Positions 35,384 through 45,348 are shown, counted from the first letter of the stretch. The stretch is 64,000 bases of DNA from Dehalococcoidia bacterium (GCA_022828105.1 JAJEJC010000001.1:174090-238089), one strand, 5' to 3'. Notes: a model not told the origin generated them from the sequence alone. Numbers and translations: made by a program.

Positions 35384-38011
35384 ATGGCGACGATCACGAT
35401 CAATGGACGATCGATTGAGGCTGAGGTTGGCGCACCGCTGGTTGAGGTGATTAAGAACTCCGGATTCCCGATCTCGAACCTTTGCTACCTGGACGGACTG
35501 CCGCCCTACGCGGGTTGCCGCACCTGCGCGGTCGAGGTCGAGGGGATGCGCGGACTGCCGCTGTCCTGCACGACCACGGTGATGGACGGCATGGTCGTGC
35601 GAACCGACACGCCGGAAGTGACCGAGATGCGGCAGGAAGTCCTGGCGGTGATCCTGGCCAATCACTCCGACCGTTGCCTGACCTGTCACCGGATCGAACA
35701 CTGCCGCACGGGCGAGATCTGCCTGCGCGACAACGAGGTCACGCATCGCTGCGTGACCTGCTCGAAGAACTACCGCTGCGAACTGCAGACCAGTTGCGAC
35801 GCCGCCGATGTGGGACGGGCCAACGTTGAGCCGTATCTCGACGAAGCGCGAACCTACTACCGCTTCCAGCAGCCGGAGCCCGATCGGGCCAATCCGTTCT
35901 TCGAGTTCGACCCGCAGATGTGCATCATTTGCACGCGCTGCGTGCGGGCCTGCGACGACCTGCGCCACACGACGGCGATCACGCTGGCGGGGCGCGGCTT
36001 CTCGACCCGGATCGCGTTCGGCGCGGGCGGGCAGATTGACGAGTCGAACTGCGATTTCTGCGGCGCCTGCGTCGATGTCTGCCCGACCGCGACGTTGATG
36101 GAAGCGCCGAACAAGTGGGTCGCACGTCCCGACAAGTGGGTAACCACGACCTGCACGGAATGCTCGATGGGTTGCACAATCCAGATGGGGGTGCGCGACG
36201 GGCGCGGCGTCCAGGTGCGGCCCGGCAACGGAAACGATGTCTCGCGATCGCAGATCTGCGTGCGCGGACGATTCGGATACGACCAGACGCGAGACAAGGA
36301 TCGACTTCGCGCGGCGTCGATTGGCCGTGGGGAAGACGCCTTCGAGCAATCCGGGGAGGCCGTGGTCGAGCACGCGGCGGCTGCGCTGTCGGCGCTGATT
36401 GATCAGCATGGTCCGTCGGCGGTCGGCGTCCTCGGCTCGGGACAGGCGACGCTGGAAGAGCTGTACGCGCTACGGACACTCGCGGCCAGGTTGGGCGTCG
36501 TCAATCTCGACTCCTCGCTGGGGCCAATCACGGCCGCGATCGGTGAGGCGCTGAATGACGCCTTCGGTTCGGAGCATCTGCCTGCGCGGCTGACTTCGGT
36601 GGAATCGGCCGACCTGATTGTCGCCATCGGCGACGACATCTCTTCCTCAAACAATGTGCTGGGCGTGCGGATCAAGGACGCGGTGGCCAACAACGGCGCA
36701 TCGCTGATCAGCATCTCGTCGCGGCGCAATCCGTTGGCCGAATACGCGGTCGACGACGCGCATGCGATTCACCCGGCCAACGGCGATCTCGCGTCGGTCG
36801 CGCAAGCACTGGCGTCGAGCGTGCTGAAGGACCTCGACGTGCGTACGGGGCTAACCGCTGTTGAAGGACTTGCCGACATGAGCGGGTCCGTCGATGGCAT
36901 CGAGTCGGCCGCGGCGACGCTCCTGCGCCGTCGCGGGGGAGCGGTTGCGATAGTCGTCGCGCCGTCTCGCGCCAACGCGTCGCAGGCGGGCGCGCAGGTA
37001 CGCGCAGCGTCGAACCTTGCGATCGCGCTGGCAGGACCGGCAGACGCGCCGGCGGCGCTTCACGTCCTGCCTCCGGAAGCGAACTCGGTCGGTCTGCGCG
37101 ACCTGGGGATTGCTCCGGGCGAGGGCGGACTGGACATCGGCGGGATGCTCGAAGCGGCGCGCAGCGGCAGCCTGAAGGCGCTGCTGGTGGCACGGGACAA
37201 CCCCGTGTTGCTGCATCCTGACCGCGCCGCAACGATTGCGGCGCTCGACGCTCTCGATTGCCTGGTCGTGATCGACGAAGTGGAAAGCGAACTGTCGCAG
37301 CGAGCGACGCACGTGCTGCCCGACGTTTCGGCCTTTGCCAAGGATGGCCACATCACCAATGCGGACCGGCAGATCCTGCGCCTGCGCAGCGCGGCGGCTC
37401 CGCAGCGCGGTGCGGGGACGCTGATCTCCTGGTTGGCCGAACTCGCCGCCCGCTTGCCTGCGGTCGAGACGCCGACGATCACTGAAGACGGCGATCCTGG
37501 CGAGCCGATACCGGCGCCCCAACAGCCGGCCGATGAGCGCGAAGCTCGCGCCGCGCTGGCCGCGCTCGACAACCGCTATGAGGCGCTGGCGGCGGCCGGA
37601 GCCACGCAGTCGCGGATGCCGATCAACGGCGCGGCGACCCAACGCTTCCTCGCGGTCGGAGACATCGGCGCGCCGGGAGCCGAGCAAGACCTGACTCTGC
37701 TGAGCGGGCGCGACCTGTACACCGACCGACTGTCGGCGGCGCGAGGCGATGTCAATTCCGATCTGCTGCATCGGTCCGGCTCGGTGCAGATCCATCCTGC
37801 CGACGCGGCAGCCCGCAACATCGCCGACGGCGCAAAGGTCAGCCTCTCGGCGAACGAGGCGCAGATGATCCTGCCGGCGGAGATCACCGAGGACGTGCCG
37901 CAGGGCGCGGTCTGGGCCTCGCTCCTGCACGACGGCGGAGCGCTCCAGGCGCTGCATCGGGCAGAAGCGGACTCGCCGCCGACGGCAGAGGTGTCGCCGA
38001 CTCCCGACTAG
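35384..38011 (+). CDS. NuoG-like 75-kDa subunit family protein (2Fe-2S, 4Fe-4S, molybdopterin-oxidoreductase-like domains). An FdhA-like protein is not excluded.
   Basis: N-terminal CxxC...C 2Fe-2S ferredoxin fold, CHRIEHC, CVTCSKNYRC and CIICTRCVRAC FeS motifs. GGGGAGG ribosome-binding site. Start at 35384. Confidence 0.8.
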   Translation: MATITINGRSIEAEVGAPLVEVIKNSGFPISNLCYLDGLPPYAGCRTCAVEVEGMRGLPLSCTTTVMDGMVVRTDTPEVTEMRQEVLAVILANHSDRCLTCHRIEHCRTGEICLRDNEVTHRCVTCSKNYRCELQTSCDAADVGRANVEPYLDEARTYYRFQQPEPDRANPFFEFDPQMCIICTRCVRACDDLRHTTAITLAGRGFSTRIAFGAGGQIDESNCDFCGACVDVCPTATLMEAPNKWVARPDKWVTTTCTECSMGCTIQMGVRDGRGVQVRPGNGNDVSRSQICVRGRFGYDQTRDKDRLRAASIGRGEDAFEQSGEAVVEHAAAALSALIDQHGPSAVGVLGSGQATLEELYALRTLAARLGVVNLDSSLGPITAAIGEALNDAFGSEHLPARLTSVESADLIVAIGDDISSSNNVLGVRIKDAVANNGASLISISSRRNPLAEYAVDDAHAIHPANGDLASVAQALASSVLKDLDVRTGLTAVEGLADMSGSVDGIESAAATLLRRRGGAVAIVVAPSRANASQAGAQVRAASNLAIALAGPADAPAALHVLPPEANSVGLRDLGIAPGEGGLDIGGMLEAARSGSLKALLVARDNPVLLHPDRAATIAALDALDCLVVIDEVESELSQRATHVLPDVSAFAKDGHITNADRQILRLRSAAAPQRGAGTLISWLAELAARLPAVETPTITEDGDPGEPIPAPQQPADEREARAALAALDNRYEALAAAGATQSRMPINGAATQRFLAVGDIGAPGAEQDLTLLSGRDLYTDRLSAARGDVNSDLLHRSGSVQIHPADAAARNIADGAKVSLSANEAQMILPAEITEDVPQGAVWASLLHDGGALQALHRAEADSPPTAEVSPTPD

Positions 38012-38203
38012 CACGATTGCCATCGGCATTATGGTTCGGCCCGCTCCGTCGGCGCCACGAACTGTCGATCGGCGAGCGATCCTGCGTGATTGACGGTACG
38101 CTGGATTCGACCGACAGCCGAAGCCGCATCCACTACCCAACCCGTCGGATGTCGCGTCTATCGATCATGCATTGCCCATCCAAGCGCAAACGAGTCAGCC
38201 ACC

Positions 38204-39466
38204 ATGACACTGCAGCATCCCGACTACCCCACCGCTTCGCCGCGCGGACACTATGTGTTGATCGACGGCCCATCAATTGACGGCACGCTTGGCCGCGTGA
38301 TTGGGCAACCGCCTGGTCCCGACACGCGCCCCGACTGGCGGCGGCTTGAGGCGTTCGTCAAGCAGACCTGTGGACCCGCGCCGTACCACGCCACGTTCGT
38401 GTTCTGGTCGCCGGGCCAGCAGGGGTTCATGCATTTCCTGCGCTCCTCGGGATTCATGATCGCGCTGGGCGATCGCTTTGTGCCCGGACAGAGCTGCGCC
38501 GACTTGATCCGCGAGCGGATCAGCAGGCTGAATGAAGCGGCGTTGCCCGACCAGGAGTGGCAGATCATCGTGGGGACGCACAACGAGGAGCTAATCGCCT
38601 CGCTGCCGCAACTGGCCGATCAGGCCGCTCGCATCTCCGTGTTCGGGTTCACCGAATTCCTGCCTGAGATTCCGGAGATTGAAGCGCAGGTCGACTTCTA
38701 TGACATCGAGGACGACGCTCGACTGTTCCGCACGCCGCTTCCGCGGGTTGAGTTCGACGACGAGGGCAACGGAGGCTTCGAGGCCGACGATGAGTACGCC
38801 TTTCAGCCGACACTAGATCGGAGCGCGCCCCGGCCTGCGATTCCGGCGCCGGTGTTCACGCGGCTGGAAGTCGGCGAGCAGCGGGAGCTGTTCCTGATCG
38901 TCGACGGTCGCAGCATCGAAAAGGAGCTGGGAGAAATCCTGGGCGAGAAGCCGAATCCCGAGACCCGGCCCGACTGGGGTACCGTGCTGGAGTTTGCGCG
39001 CAGCCGTGCGCAAACGGCCGACGGCGACGTCAAGGCGCTGTTTGCGCACGTTGCGCCTGGTCACGCCGGATTCCGGCGCGCGCTCAAGGACATCGGATAT
39101 ACGTCCAGCCCGGTCAAGCTCGACGATGCGCAGCCGATGCGTCCGGTGGTCGAGGAGTTCATCTGCGGGCTGTTGGCGGCGCGGGCGTTCCGCGGCGACG
39201 ACAGCGGCGAGGCCGATGCGCCGGACATCATCGTGCTGGCTCACGGCCAGGCGATCTTCGAGGCGCTGAGCGAGATTCCCGATCAGGGCCAACGGCTGTG
39301 CGCGCTGGGATTCCCGGAGCGGATGCCGCCTTCGGAGTTCTATCCCAGGGTGGAACAACTCGATCTTGAGCGCGACGCGCAGGCGTTTGGCGCGGAACTG
39401 CCCAGAGAGTTCGGGGTCGACGTTGACAACTTCGACCCGGACGAGGAACTGTCGCGCCTGTTCTAG
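38204..39466 (+). CDS. Protein built from two tandem LabA/NYN-like (PIN-related) domains. Tentative.
   Basis: Internal duplication: YVLIDGPSIDG...PDW...ISVFGF and LFLIVDGRSIEKE...PDW...LCALGF. The (I/V)DG(x)S plus AD pattern resembles NYN, but the SgDsD acidic motif is degenerate in both copies. Confidence 0.5.
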   Translation: MTLQHPDYPTASPRGHYVLIDGPSIDGTLGRVIGQPPGPDTRPDWRRLEAFVKQTCGPAPYHATFVFWSPGQQGFMHFLRSSGFMIALGDRFVPGQSCADLIRERISRLNEAALPDQEWQIIVGTHNEELIASLPQLADQAARISVFGFTEFLPEIPEIEAQVDFYDIEDDARLFRTPLPRVEFDDEGNGGFEADDEYAFQPTLDRSAPRPAIPAPVFTRLEVGEQRELFLIVDGRSIEKELGEILGEKPNPETRPDWGTVLEFARSRAQTADGDVKALFAHVAPGHAGFRRALKDIGYTSSPVKLDDAQPMRPVVEEFICGLLAARAFRGDDSGEADAPDIIVLAHGQAIFEALSEIPDQGQRLCALGFPERMPPSEFYPRVEQLDLERDAQAFGAELPREFGVDVDNFDPDEELSRLF

Positions 39467-39481
39467 AACGCCGCTCGGTCG

Positions 39482-40636
39482 CTAGAGGTCGAAGGGAAGC
39501 AGGCTGCCGACGCCGAAAGTGACGGCGGCGGCAAGCATCCCGACGAACACGGAGCGAGCGCCGGCGTAGAGCGGGTTTCGGCTGGTGACGAGCGACGTGA
39601 AGAGTCCGGCCACGGCGAGCGTGACCACGCTGGCCACGACGCCGGTGACGAGCGCCCAGTAATCGACGTTCCAGCCGGAGGCGTGCCAGATCAGGAAGGG
39701 CACGAGCGGGATCAGCGCGCCGATGGAGAACGCGGCGAACGAACTGCCGGCCGCCTTCCAGGGATCGCCGAGTTGTTCGGGATCGAGTCCCAGTTCTTCA
39801 CGCACCATCGTGTCGATCAGCGACTCAGGGTTGGCCGACAACTCTTCGGCGACTTGCTCGGCGAGCTCTTGGGAGAGTCCCTTGGCAGAGTAAATGGCGA
39901 CCAGCTCCTGCTTCTCTTCCTCGGGATCGAGCAGGACTTCGTCGCGCTCCATGGCGATCTGGCGCTGCAGCACCTCGGACTGACCCCGCACGGAGATGTA
40001 CTCGCCGGCGGCCATCGAGAACGCGCCGGCCAGCCAACCGCCGATGCCCGCGACGAGGACGGCTTCGGAACCGATCGCGACGCCGGCGACGCCGGCGATC
40101 AGGGCGAGATTCGAAACGATGCCGTCGTTGAGTCCGAACAGCGCCGCGCGGAAGGTCGATGCGCCGTCGGCGCCGACTCCGGCGTGGCCTTCGCCGACGG
40201 CGCCGACCGCGCCGAACTGCGGGGCAAGCTCGGCCAGCGCGGCGCGGTGTTCGCGTTCCTCTTCGGCCAGGTCTCCCGAGTCCGGGTCGGAGACGTACTT
40301 CTTGATATCGACCAGCTCCTCGCGCCGGAGCTGCGAGATGACGAAGCCCAGCCCCCAGATGCGGGCCTGGAAGGCCATCAGGCGGACGCGCAGCGAGGGT
40401 CGGTGCAGCTCGGTCGGGAACCGCTCGTCGCCGAGCAGGCGCACCCAATGGGTGGCGTGTTCCAACTCCGACTCGGCCATGCGGCTGAGCACCTGGGCCT
40501 GCGGAGGATTGCTCATCATAGCGAGGCGGTCGTAGAGCCAGGCGGCGTCGAGCTCGTCAGCGATCATCTCGCGCAGACGCTCGCGGCGCTCCTCCGTCAG
40601 CGGCACCTGGGCGCGTGGCGTATCGAGCGTCGTCAT
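39482..40636 (-). CDS. Membrane-bound ferritin-like / VIT1 (CCC1) family iron transporter (MbfA-like).
   Basis: N-terminal Er/ferritin-like helix pair (ELDAAWLYDRL...ESELEHATHW) followed by VIT1 TM domains with a GLNDGIVSNLAL motif. Confidence 0.8.
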   Translation of the reverse strand: MTTLDTPRAQVPLTEERRERLREMIADELDAAWLYDRLAMMSNPPQAQVLSRMAESELEHATHWVRLLGDERFPTELHRPSLRVRLMAFQARIWGLGFVISQLRREELVDIKKYVSDPDSGDLAEEEREHRAALAELAPQFGAVGAVGEGHAGVGADGASTFRAALFGLNDGIVSNLALIAGVAGVAIGSEAVLVAGIGGWLAGAFSMAAGEYISVRGQSEVLQRQIAMERDEVLLDPEEEKQELVAIYSAKGLSQELAEQVAEELSANPESLIDTMVREELGLDPEQLGDPWKAAGSSFAAFSIGALIPLVPFLIWHASGWNVDYWALVTGVVASVVTLAVAGLFTSLVTSRNPLYAGARSVFVGMLAAAVTFGVGSLLPFDL

Positions 40637-40751
40637 GCGGCCAGTGTATCCCGCGACACCGGAGTTCCCGCGCATGGGCGATGATCAGTCGCAGACGACC
40701 AGCAGACTGGAACACAACGCTGCGAACAGGTTCCACGACGGAGAACGCAAC

Positions 40752-41621
40752 ATGCTCAGACTGGGAATGCCCAAGGGATCGTTGGAGACGCCGACCCTCG
40801 ACCTGTTTCGCCGCGCGGGGTTCGGCGTCACGCTGTCCTCGCGCAGCTACTTCCCGCAGATCGACGACGACGAGATCAGTTGCACGATGTTTCGGGCGCA
40901 GGAGATGGCGCGTTATGTGGAAGACGGAGTCGTCGATGTGGGGATCACCGGGCACGACTGGGTGATCGAGACGGGCGCCGACGTGGTTGAAGTAGCGGAG
41001 ATGACCTATAGCAAGGCGACCAGCCGACCGGCGCGCTGGGTGCTGGCGGTACCGGCCGAGTCGAGTGTGCGGGAGTTGGAGCAGCTTGAGGGCGGCGTGA
41101 TCGCGACCGAGCTGGTGCGCACGACGCGTGAGTTCTTCGAAGCGCGCGGCGTCGACGTGCGGGTCGAGTTCAGTTGGGGCGCGACCGAGGTCAAGGCGCG
41201 GATCATCGACGCAATTGTCGACGTGACCGAAACGGGCTCGTCGCTGCGGGCCAACAATCTGCGCGTGATCGCCGAGGTGCTGGAGAGCACGCCGCGGCTG
41301 ATCGCGAACCGGGACGCCTGGTCGGACCCCGATCGCCGCGAGAAGATCGAGGCGATCAACACGTTGCTGCAGGGCGCGATTAGCGCGACCAGCAAGGTGG
41401 GCCTGAAGCTCAACACGCCGCGCTCATCACTGCAGGACGTGCTCGCCATCATCGGCAAGTTCGGCGAGCACGCCCCCACGATCAGTCCGCTGATTGACGA
41501 CTCATGGGTTGCGCTGGAGATTGTTCTCGATGAACGAGAGGAGCGAGAGATGATCCCCGAACTGCGCCGTGCCGGCGCCAGCGGGCTGGTCAGCTACCCG
41601 CTGAACAAGGTCATCTCCTGA
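40752..41621 (+). CDS. hisG: ATP phosphoribosyltransferase, long form.
   Basis: MLRLGMPKGSLETPTLDLF N-terminus, then DVTETGSSLRANNL and a C-terminal regulatory domain. Start taken at 40752. Confidence 0.85.
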   Translation: MLRLGMPKGSLETPTLDLFRRAGFGVTLSSRSYFPQIDDDEISCTMFRAQEMARYVEDGVVDVGITGHDWVIETGADVVEVAEMTYSKATSRPARWVLAVPAESSVRELEQLEGGVIATELVRTTREFFEARGVDVRVEFSWGATEVKARIIDAIVDVTETGSSLRANNLRVIAEVLESTPRLIANRDAWSDPDRREKIEAINTLLQGAISATSKVGLKLNTPRSSLQDVLAIIGKFGEHAPTISPLIDDSWVALEIVLDEREEREMIPELRRAGASGLVSYPLNKVIS

Positions 41622-44081
41622 GCCGAGGGCGGCGCTCTCGATCCTGCCGCTGAAGAGCCAGACGCCGGCGGCGGCATCTGCAGGCAGACTCCAACGCGCT
41701 GCGCTCGCGGGGCTGGCGCCTGTAGCGACGAACGCTGCCTCGATGACGCCCGAGCCGAGCCTGCGCGCGTAGATCCGGCCCAGATCGTGCTCGCCGATCA
41801 TCACCGGTTCGGTGCGCAACCAGACGTTGCTCGCCGGGTTGGCGGGGAACATGCGGTCCGAAGGCAAGACTTGTTCGCCGTTCGAGAGTTCAGCGCCGAA
41901 CTCGATCCGGCCATCATTATGAACGCGGGCCAGGATCCAGCTCACGCTGGGCAGGTCAGGCGTACGGCTTGGCGGGAGTTCGGCTTCGGGCTCCGGGATC
42001 AACGGGTTCATTTCGAGGCCGAGGCCGGTCAGGAGCAGATCGTGGTTCTCGGCTGCTGCCGCAATTCCGCAGAATGCGCGGTCGAGCATTGCCGCGTAGA
42101 TCGGCGACAGGTGTCTGAGGACGGCGTCGCCAGAGGACAGCGCGGCGCGGTCGACACGGCAGTCGATGCCGCGGCGGTAATCGGCCAACGCTGCCGCGAC
42201 ACCCGGATCTTGCCATCCGTCGGCGGCGTCGCGCTTGCGCAGGACCAGTGCGGCGGCCTCGACCAGCCTGGCGTCGACCTGAGCGGAGAGCGACACGCTG
42301 GCGTGGCTTGCGATCGCGTCCTGCGCGGAGATGACGCTGCCCAGCAAGGCCCATGCGTCGATGGAACGCTCGATACGCAGCGCCGCCGCTCGACCGGCGC
42401 GGACGACCAGCGCCTCGGCGGTCTCGGCCGACTGGAAGCGGCTCGGATCGAATCCTGCTCGGTCAAGCAACTCGCGATGAGCAGCGGCCGAAACAGACTG
42501 CAATGCGTCGCGCGTGGGCGCGGCCGGCGGGGCCACCTCAGTCAGCGGCAGTCCGCCGCGCGACACTTGTGCGAACAGGGACTCGGTGGCGGCTTGCAGC
42601 GTGGTGGTCAGTTCGGACAGATCGCTTAGCACCTGGGTCCGGACGCCGGCCGCGTAGATCGCCTTGAGCTGTACATCGTCGGGGAGTTCAGGCGGTTGTT
42701 CGTCGGACTCGCCGGACAGAGTCTCAGTAGTGACCTCGGTGACTTCAGTGTTGACTTCACCATCTTCGTCAACCGTCGAGACCACCCGGTACTCACTGCC
42801 ATCGACGCTGACCGTCGAGGCGCCGAGATCAAAACCGGTCAGCACCATGATCGGCTGGCTGAGCACATGCCGACTCAGTCGCTCGTCGTCCGGGTCAAGT
42901 GTGATGACTTCGAGCATCACGTCCGTCGGACCGAAGCGCCACGTGAAGAGTCCCCGGAAGGAATGGAGTTGCTCCAGCGGACGGCTGCCGAACGCCGCCA
43001 GCGATTCGTCGCTGTGATAACTCGCGCCGACGCCCCAGAGTTCGCCGTCGTCGCTGTCAGTGCCAATCGCTGAGGTGCGCCAATCGGAGATGTACGGCCA
43101 GCGAACTCGGACCTGGGCATTGCCGTCGACCGAGGACAGCGGGGCGTCGCCAAGATTGCTTACGCGGTAGTGGATATCGAAGGGCAAGTTGAGCACTGCC
43201 TGCTGGGGTGCGAGGATTGCGTCAAGCTTGATCACCGGACCATCGGCGGCCGCCGCGATGCTCAGCCGGTAGCCGGCTTCCTGCAGGTTCTTGAGATCTC
43301 GGTCGCCCCAGTTGGTGGTCTCAAGCGTGTAGGTACCGGCGCCCAGCAGGCGCACGATACGGGAGTTCCAGCGGTCGCCGCCGTCGTCATCGCTCTCAAG
43401 CAGCGCACCGCCGGCGTCGAGCAAGTAGAGAAAGGGGTCGGCTACGGCCGAGGTGAGGTCAATCTGCACTCTGGTCTGCTCGGACAACTCGAAGCGATAG
43501 CGCTGCGAGGAGCGATCGGCGCGGAAGGCGGACTCACAGCCGAAGTGCGACCAGACGCCCTCGGTGGCAATCGAGTCGTCCAGCGTTCCCAGGTCGATGG
43601 CCTCCTGGCAACCGCTGACCACGCGCACGAAGAGCTGGAACGATCCGGAGTCGCGACCCGCCCAGCCGGCGGTACTTGCTTCGATCAAGTATTGCCCGGC
43701 GGGCAGACTCCGCTCGATCCGGGCGTCGTTGCTGCCGCCGGTGTCGTCATCGAAGTCGATCAGGCTGCCGTCCGCGCTCTGCAGGTACAGCACCGGATCA
43801 CGGTCGCTGGAATTCAGATCGATGCGCACTACCGCTTCGGCGTCAAGCGAGAAGCGGAACTGCCGGCCTGGTCGGCCGTCGCGGAAGCGGGACTCGTTGC
43901 ATTCGTCGCCGCTCCAGTCGCTCAACTCGCTCAACGGGCTGTTCGCTTCGCTCAGCTCGCCCAGGTCCGTTGGCGGACAAAGGCCCGGATCGTCCTGGGC
44001 CAGCGCCGACTGCCAGGCGGCCAGTGCCGCGATTGCTGCGACCACTGCGACGATCGACGAGAAGACGAGGAGTCTGCGCAT
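41502..44081 (-). CDS. Secreted 859-aa protein with two N-terminal pre-peptidase C-terminal (PPC)-type domains and a large uncharacterised C-terminal region.
   Basis: Signal peptide MRRLLVFSSIVAVVAAIAALAA. Two repeats of the pattern RFxL...V.IDL.S...DP.LYL...G.L...DDDGG...RI...L.AG.Y.LE. Its 3' end overlaps the hisG 3' end by 120 nt. Confidence 0.7.
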   Translation of the reverse strand: MRRLLVFSSIVAVVAAIAALAAWQSALAQDDPGLCPPTDLGELSEANSPLSELSDWSGDECNESRFRDGRPGRQFRFSLDAEAVVRIDLNSSDRDPVLYLQSADGSLIDFDDDTGGSNDARIERSLPAGQYLIEASTAGWAGRDSGSFQLFVRVVSGCQEAIDLGTLDDSIATEGVWSHFGCESAFRADRSSQRYRFELSEQTRVQIDLTSAVADPFLYLLDAGGALLESDDDGGDRWNSRIVRLLGAGTYTLETTNWGDRDLKNLQEAGYRLSIAAAADGPVIKLDAILAPQQAVLNLPFDIHYRVSNLGDAPLSSVDGNAQVRVRWPYISDWRTSAIGTDSDDGELWGVGASYHSDESLAAFGSRPLEQLHSFRGLFTWRFGPTDVMLEVITLDPDDERLSRHVLSQPIMVLTGFDLGASTVSVDGSEYRVVSTVDEDGEVNTEVTEVTTETLSGESDEQPPELPDDVQLKAIYAAGVRTQVLSDLSELTTTLQAATESLFAQVSRGGLPLTEVAPPAAPTRDALQSVSAAAHRELLDRAGFDPSRFQSAETAEALVVRAGRAAALRIERSIDAWALLGSVISAQDAIASHASVSLSAQVDARLVEAAALVLRKRDAADGWQDPGVAAALADYRRGIDCRVDRAALSSGDAVLRHLSPIYAAMLDRAFCGIAAAAENHDLLLTGLGLEMNPLIPEPEAELPPSRTPDLPSVSWILARVHNDGRIEFGAELSNGEQVLPSDRMFPANPASNVWLRTEPVMIGEHDLGRIYARRLGSGVIEAAFVATGASPASAARWSLPADAAAGVWLFSGRIESAALGSGDDLVQRVADQPAGAGTAQFGDHLSLLSFIENNLQRNP

Positions 44082-44190
44082 CTGGACGGTCCGTTCGTTG
44101 GCTCACTATGTTCGTCCGCGTGTCATGTTACGGGGACACGCGAAATCCTCCGTCTGCCATGGTCAAGGTGGGCAAGGTGAGCACGGGAAG

Positions 44191-45348
44191 TCACGGGTTG
44201 GGGCCGGCGGGATCTTCGGTTCGTTCCTGCTCGGTGTCCGGTGTCTCGGTCTCGGCGGAGTCCGTTTGGGGTCGGAAGCGCTCAGGGACGTCCAGGCGAG
44301 GATCGCCGCTGCGGAAGTCGCTCCAACAGTCGATGGCGCCTTCCAAGGTGATGGCGCAGGCTGCGCGATCGCCGAAGAGCTGCATGTAGGTTCGTCCGGC
44401 GGTGGTCTCGCGATCCGGTCCGCCCTCGAATAGGATGGTGAAGGGGATCGCCCACGCCTGGTAACGAATCAGCTCGGGCGACGGACAGTGATCGAGTTCC
44501 TTGGGCACCAGATGGTCGCACCAGTGGTGGGCCTGACCGCACTGCATGGCGCCGTCGGCGTCGATGGCGCAGCCCTGTGAGCCGATCACATGGACATTGC
44601 GGAACAGCTGCGAGAACTCGGCCGGCGGTCCCGGAGCGTCGCGGGAGGACGCGGTGCGGCAGCGGATCGACCCATCTGCCAGTTCTCCACAAAGTCCGTT
44701 GCCACTCGAGGCGATGCGCACGAACGACCCCATCGCCGAGACGAAGCCCTCAAAGTTCATCCCGCCCCAGCATGTCGTCGCGCCCTCCGAGTCGAGGGCA
44801 CAGAACTCCCTTCCCGTGCTGATCAACTGGACAAAGCCCTCGCCGGCGGGAGACGGGCTGTCGGGGATTGGCCGACCCCAGCAGACGATCTCGCCCGGCT
44901 CGGTACGTGCACACGCGTAGTGCCGCCAGGGATGGACCACGACCTGGACGAGGTCGGACCGCTCTGGCGGCAGCTGTCCGTCCAGCCCGGCCAATGCGAG
45001 ATCGGCATCGGGATTGCGGCTGAGCAACGAGTCAATGTTGTTGCGGAGGTACTGGTAACCGGCTCCCCAGCAGACGGCCGCGCCTTCCAGGCTGATCGCG
45101 CAGGCGTCGGCCGGGCCAACGCTCAGATCGATGAACACGCCCTGAGGTTCATTGTGTACGAGAGTAATATCAAAGCCCCAGCAGTCGATCGCTCCGTCGT
45201 CGGTGAGCGCGCAGACCGCCGTTGCGCCAATGCTGATACGTACCGGCGTCTGGGCTTCGACCGATGCAGCGGGCAACAGCGCAGGAATCAGGGCGAACAG
45301 AGCAATCAGGGCAAACAGGGCAGTTGGTAGCCGGCGGCGAGCGTTCAT
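44191..45348 (-). CDS. Secreted protein with about seven RCC1-like repeats (C-A-[IL]-x-x-[DE]-G-x-[IV]-x-C-W-G).
   Basis: Signal peptide. Repeats CALTDDGAIDCWG, CAISLEGAAVCWG, CARTEPGEIVCWG, CALDSEGATTCWG, CGELADGSIRC, CAIDADGAMQCG and CAITLEGAIDCW. Confidence 0.7.
   Translation of the reverse strand: MNARRRLPTALFALIALFALIPALLPAASVEAQTPVRISIGATAVCALTDDGAIDCWGFDITLVHNEPQGVFIDLSVGPADACAISLEGAAVCWGAGYQYLRNNIDSLLSRNPDADLALAGLDGQLPPERSDLVQVVVHPWRHYACARTEPGEIVCWGRPIPDSPSPAGEGFVQLISTGREFCALDSEGATTCWGGMNFEGFVSAMGSFVRIASSGNGLCGELADGSIRCRTASSRDAPGPPAEFSQLFRNVHVIGSQGCAIDADGAMQCGQAHHWCDHLVPKELDHCPSPELIRYQAWAIPFTILFEGGPDRETTAGRTYMQLFGDRAACAITLEGAIDCWSDFRSGDPRLDVPERFRPQTDSAETETPDTEQERTEDPAGPNP

Noticed and set aside
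35306-38140. Minus-strand ORFs 35306-36409 and 36851-38140.
   Set aside because: Antisense to the NuoG-like gene, with no motifs.
39683-40684. A 333-aa + strand ORF.
   Set aside because: Antisense to the MbfA-like gene.
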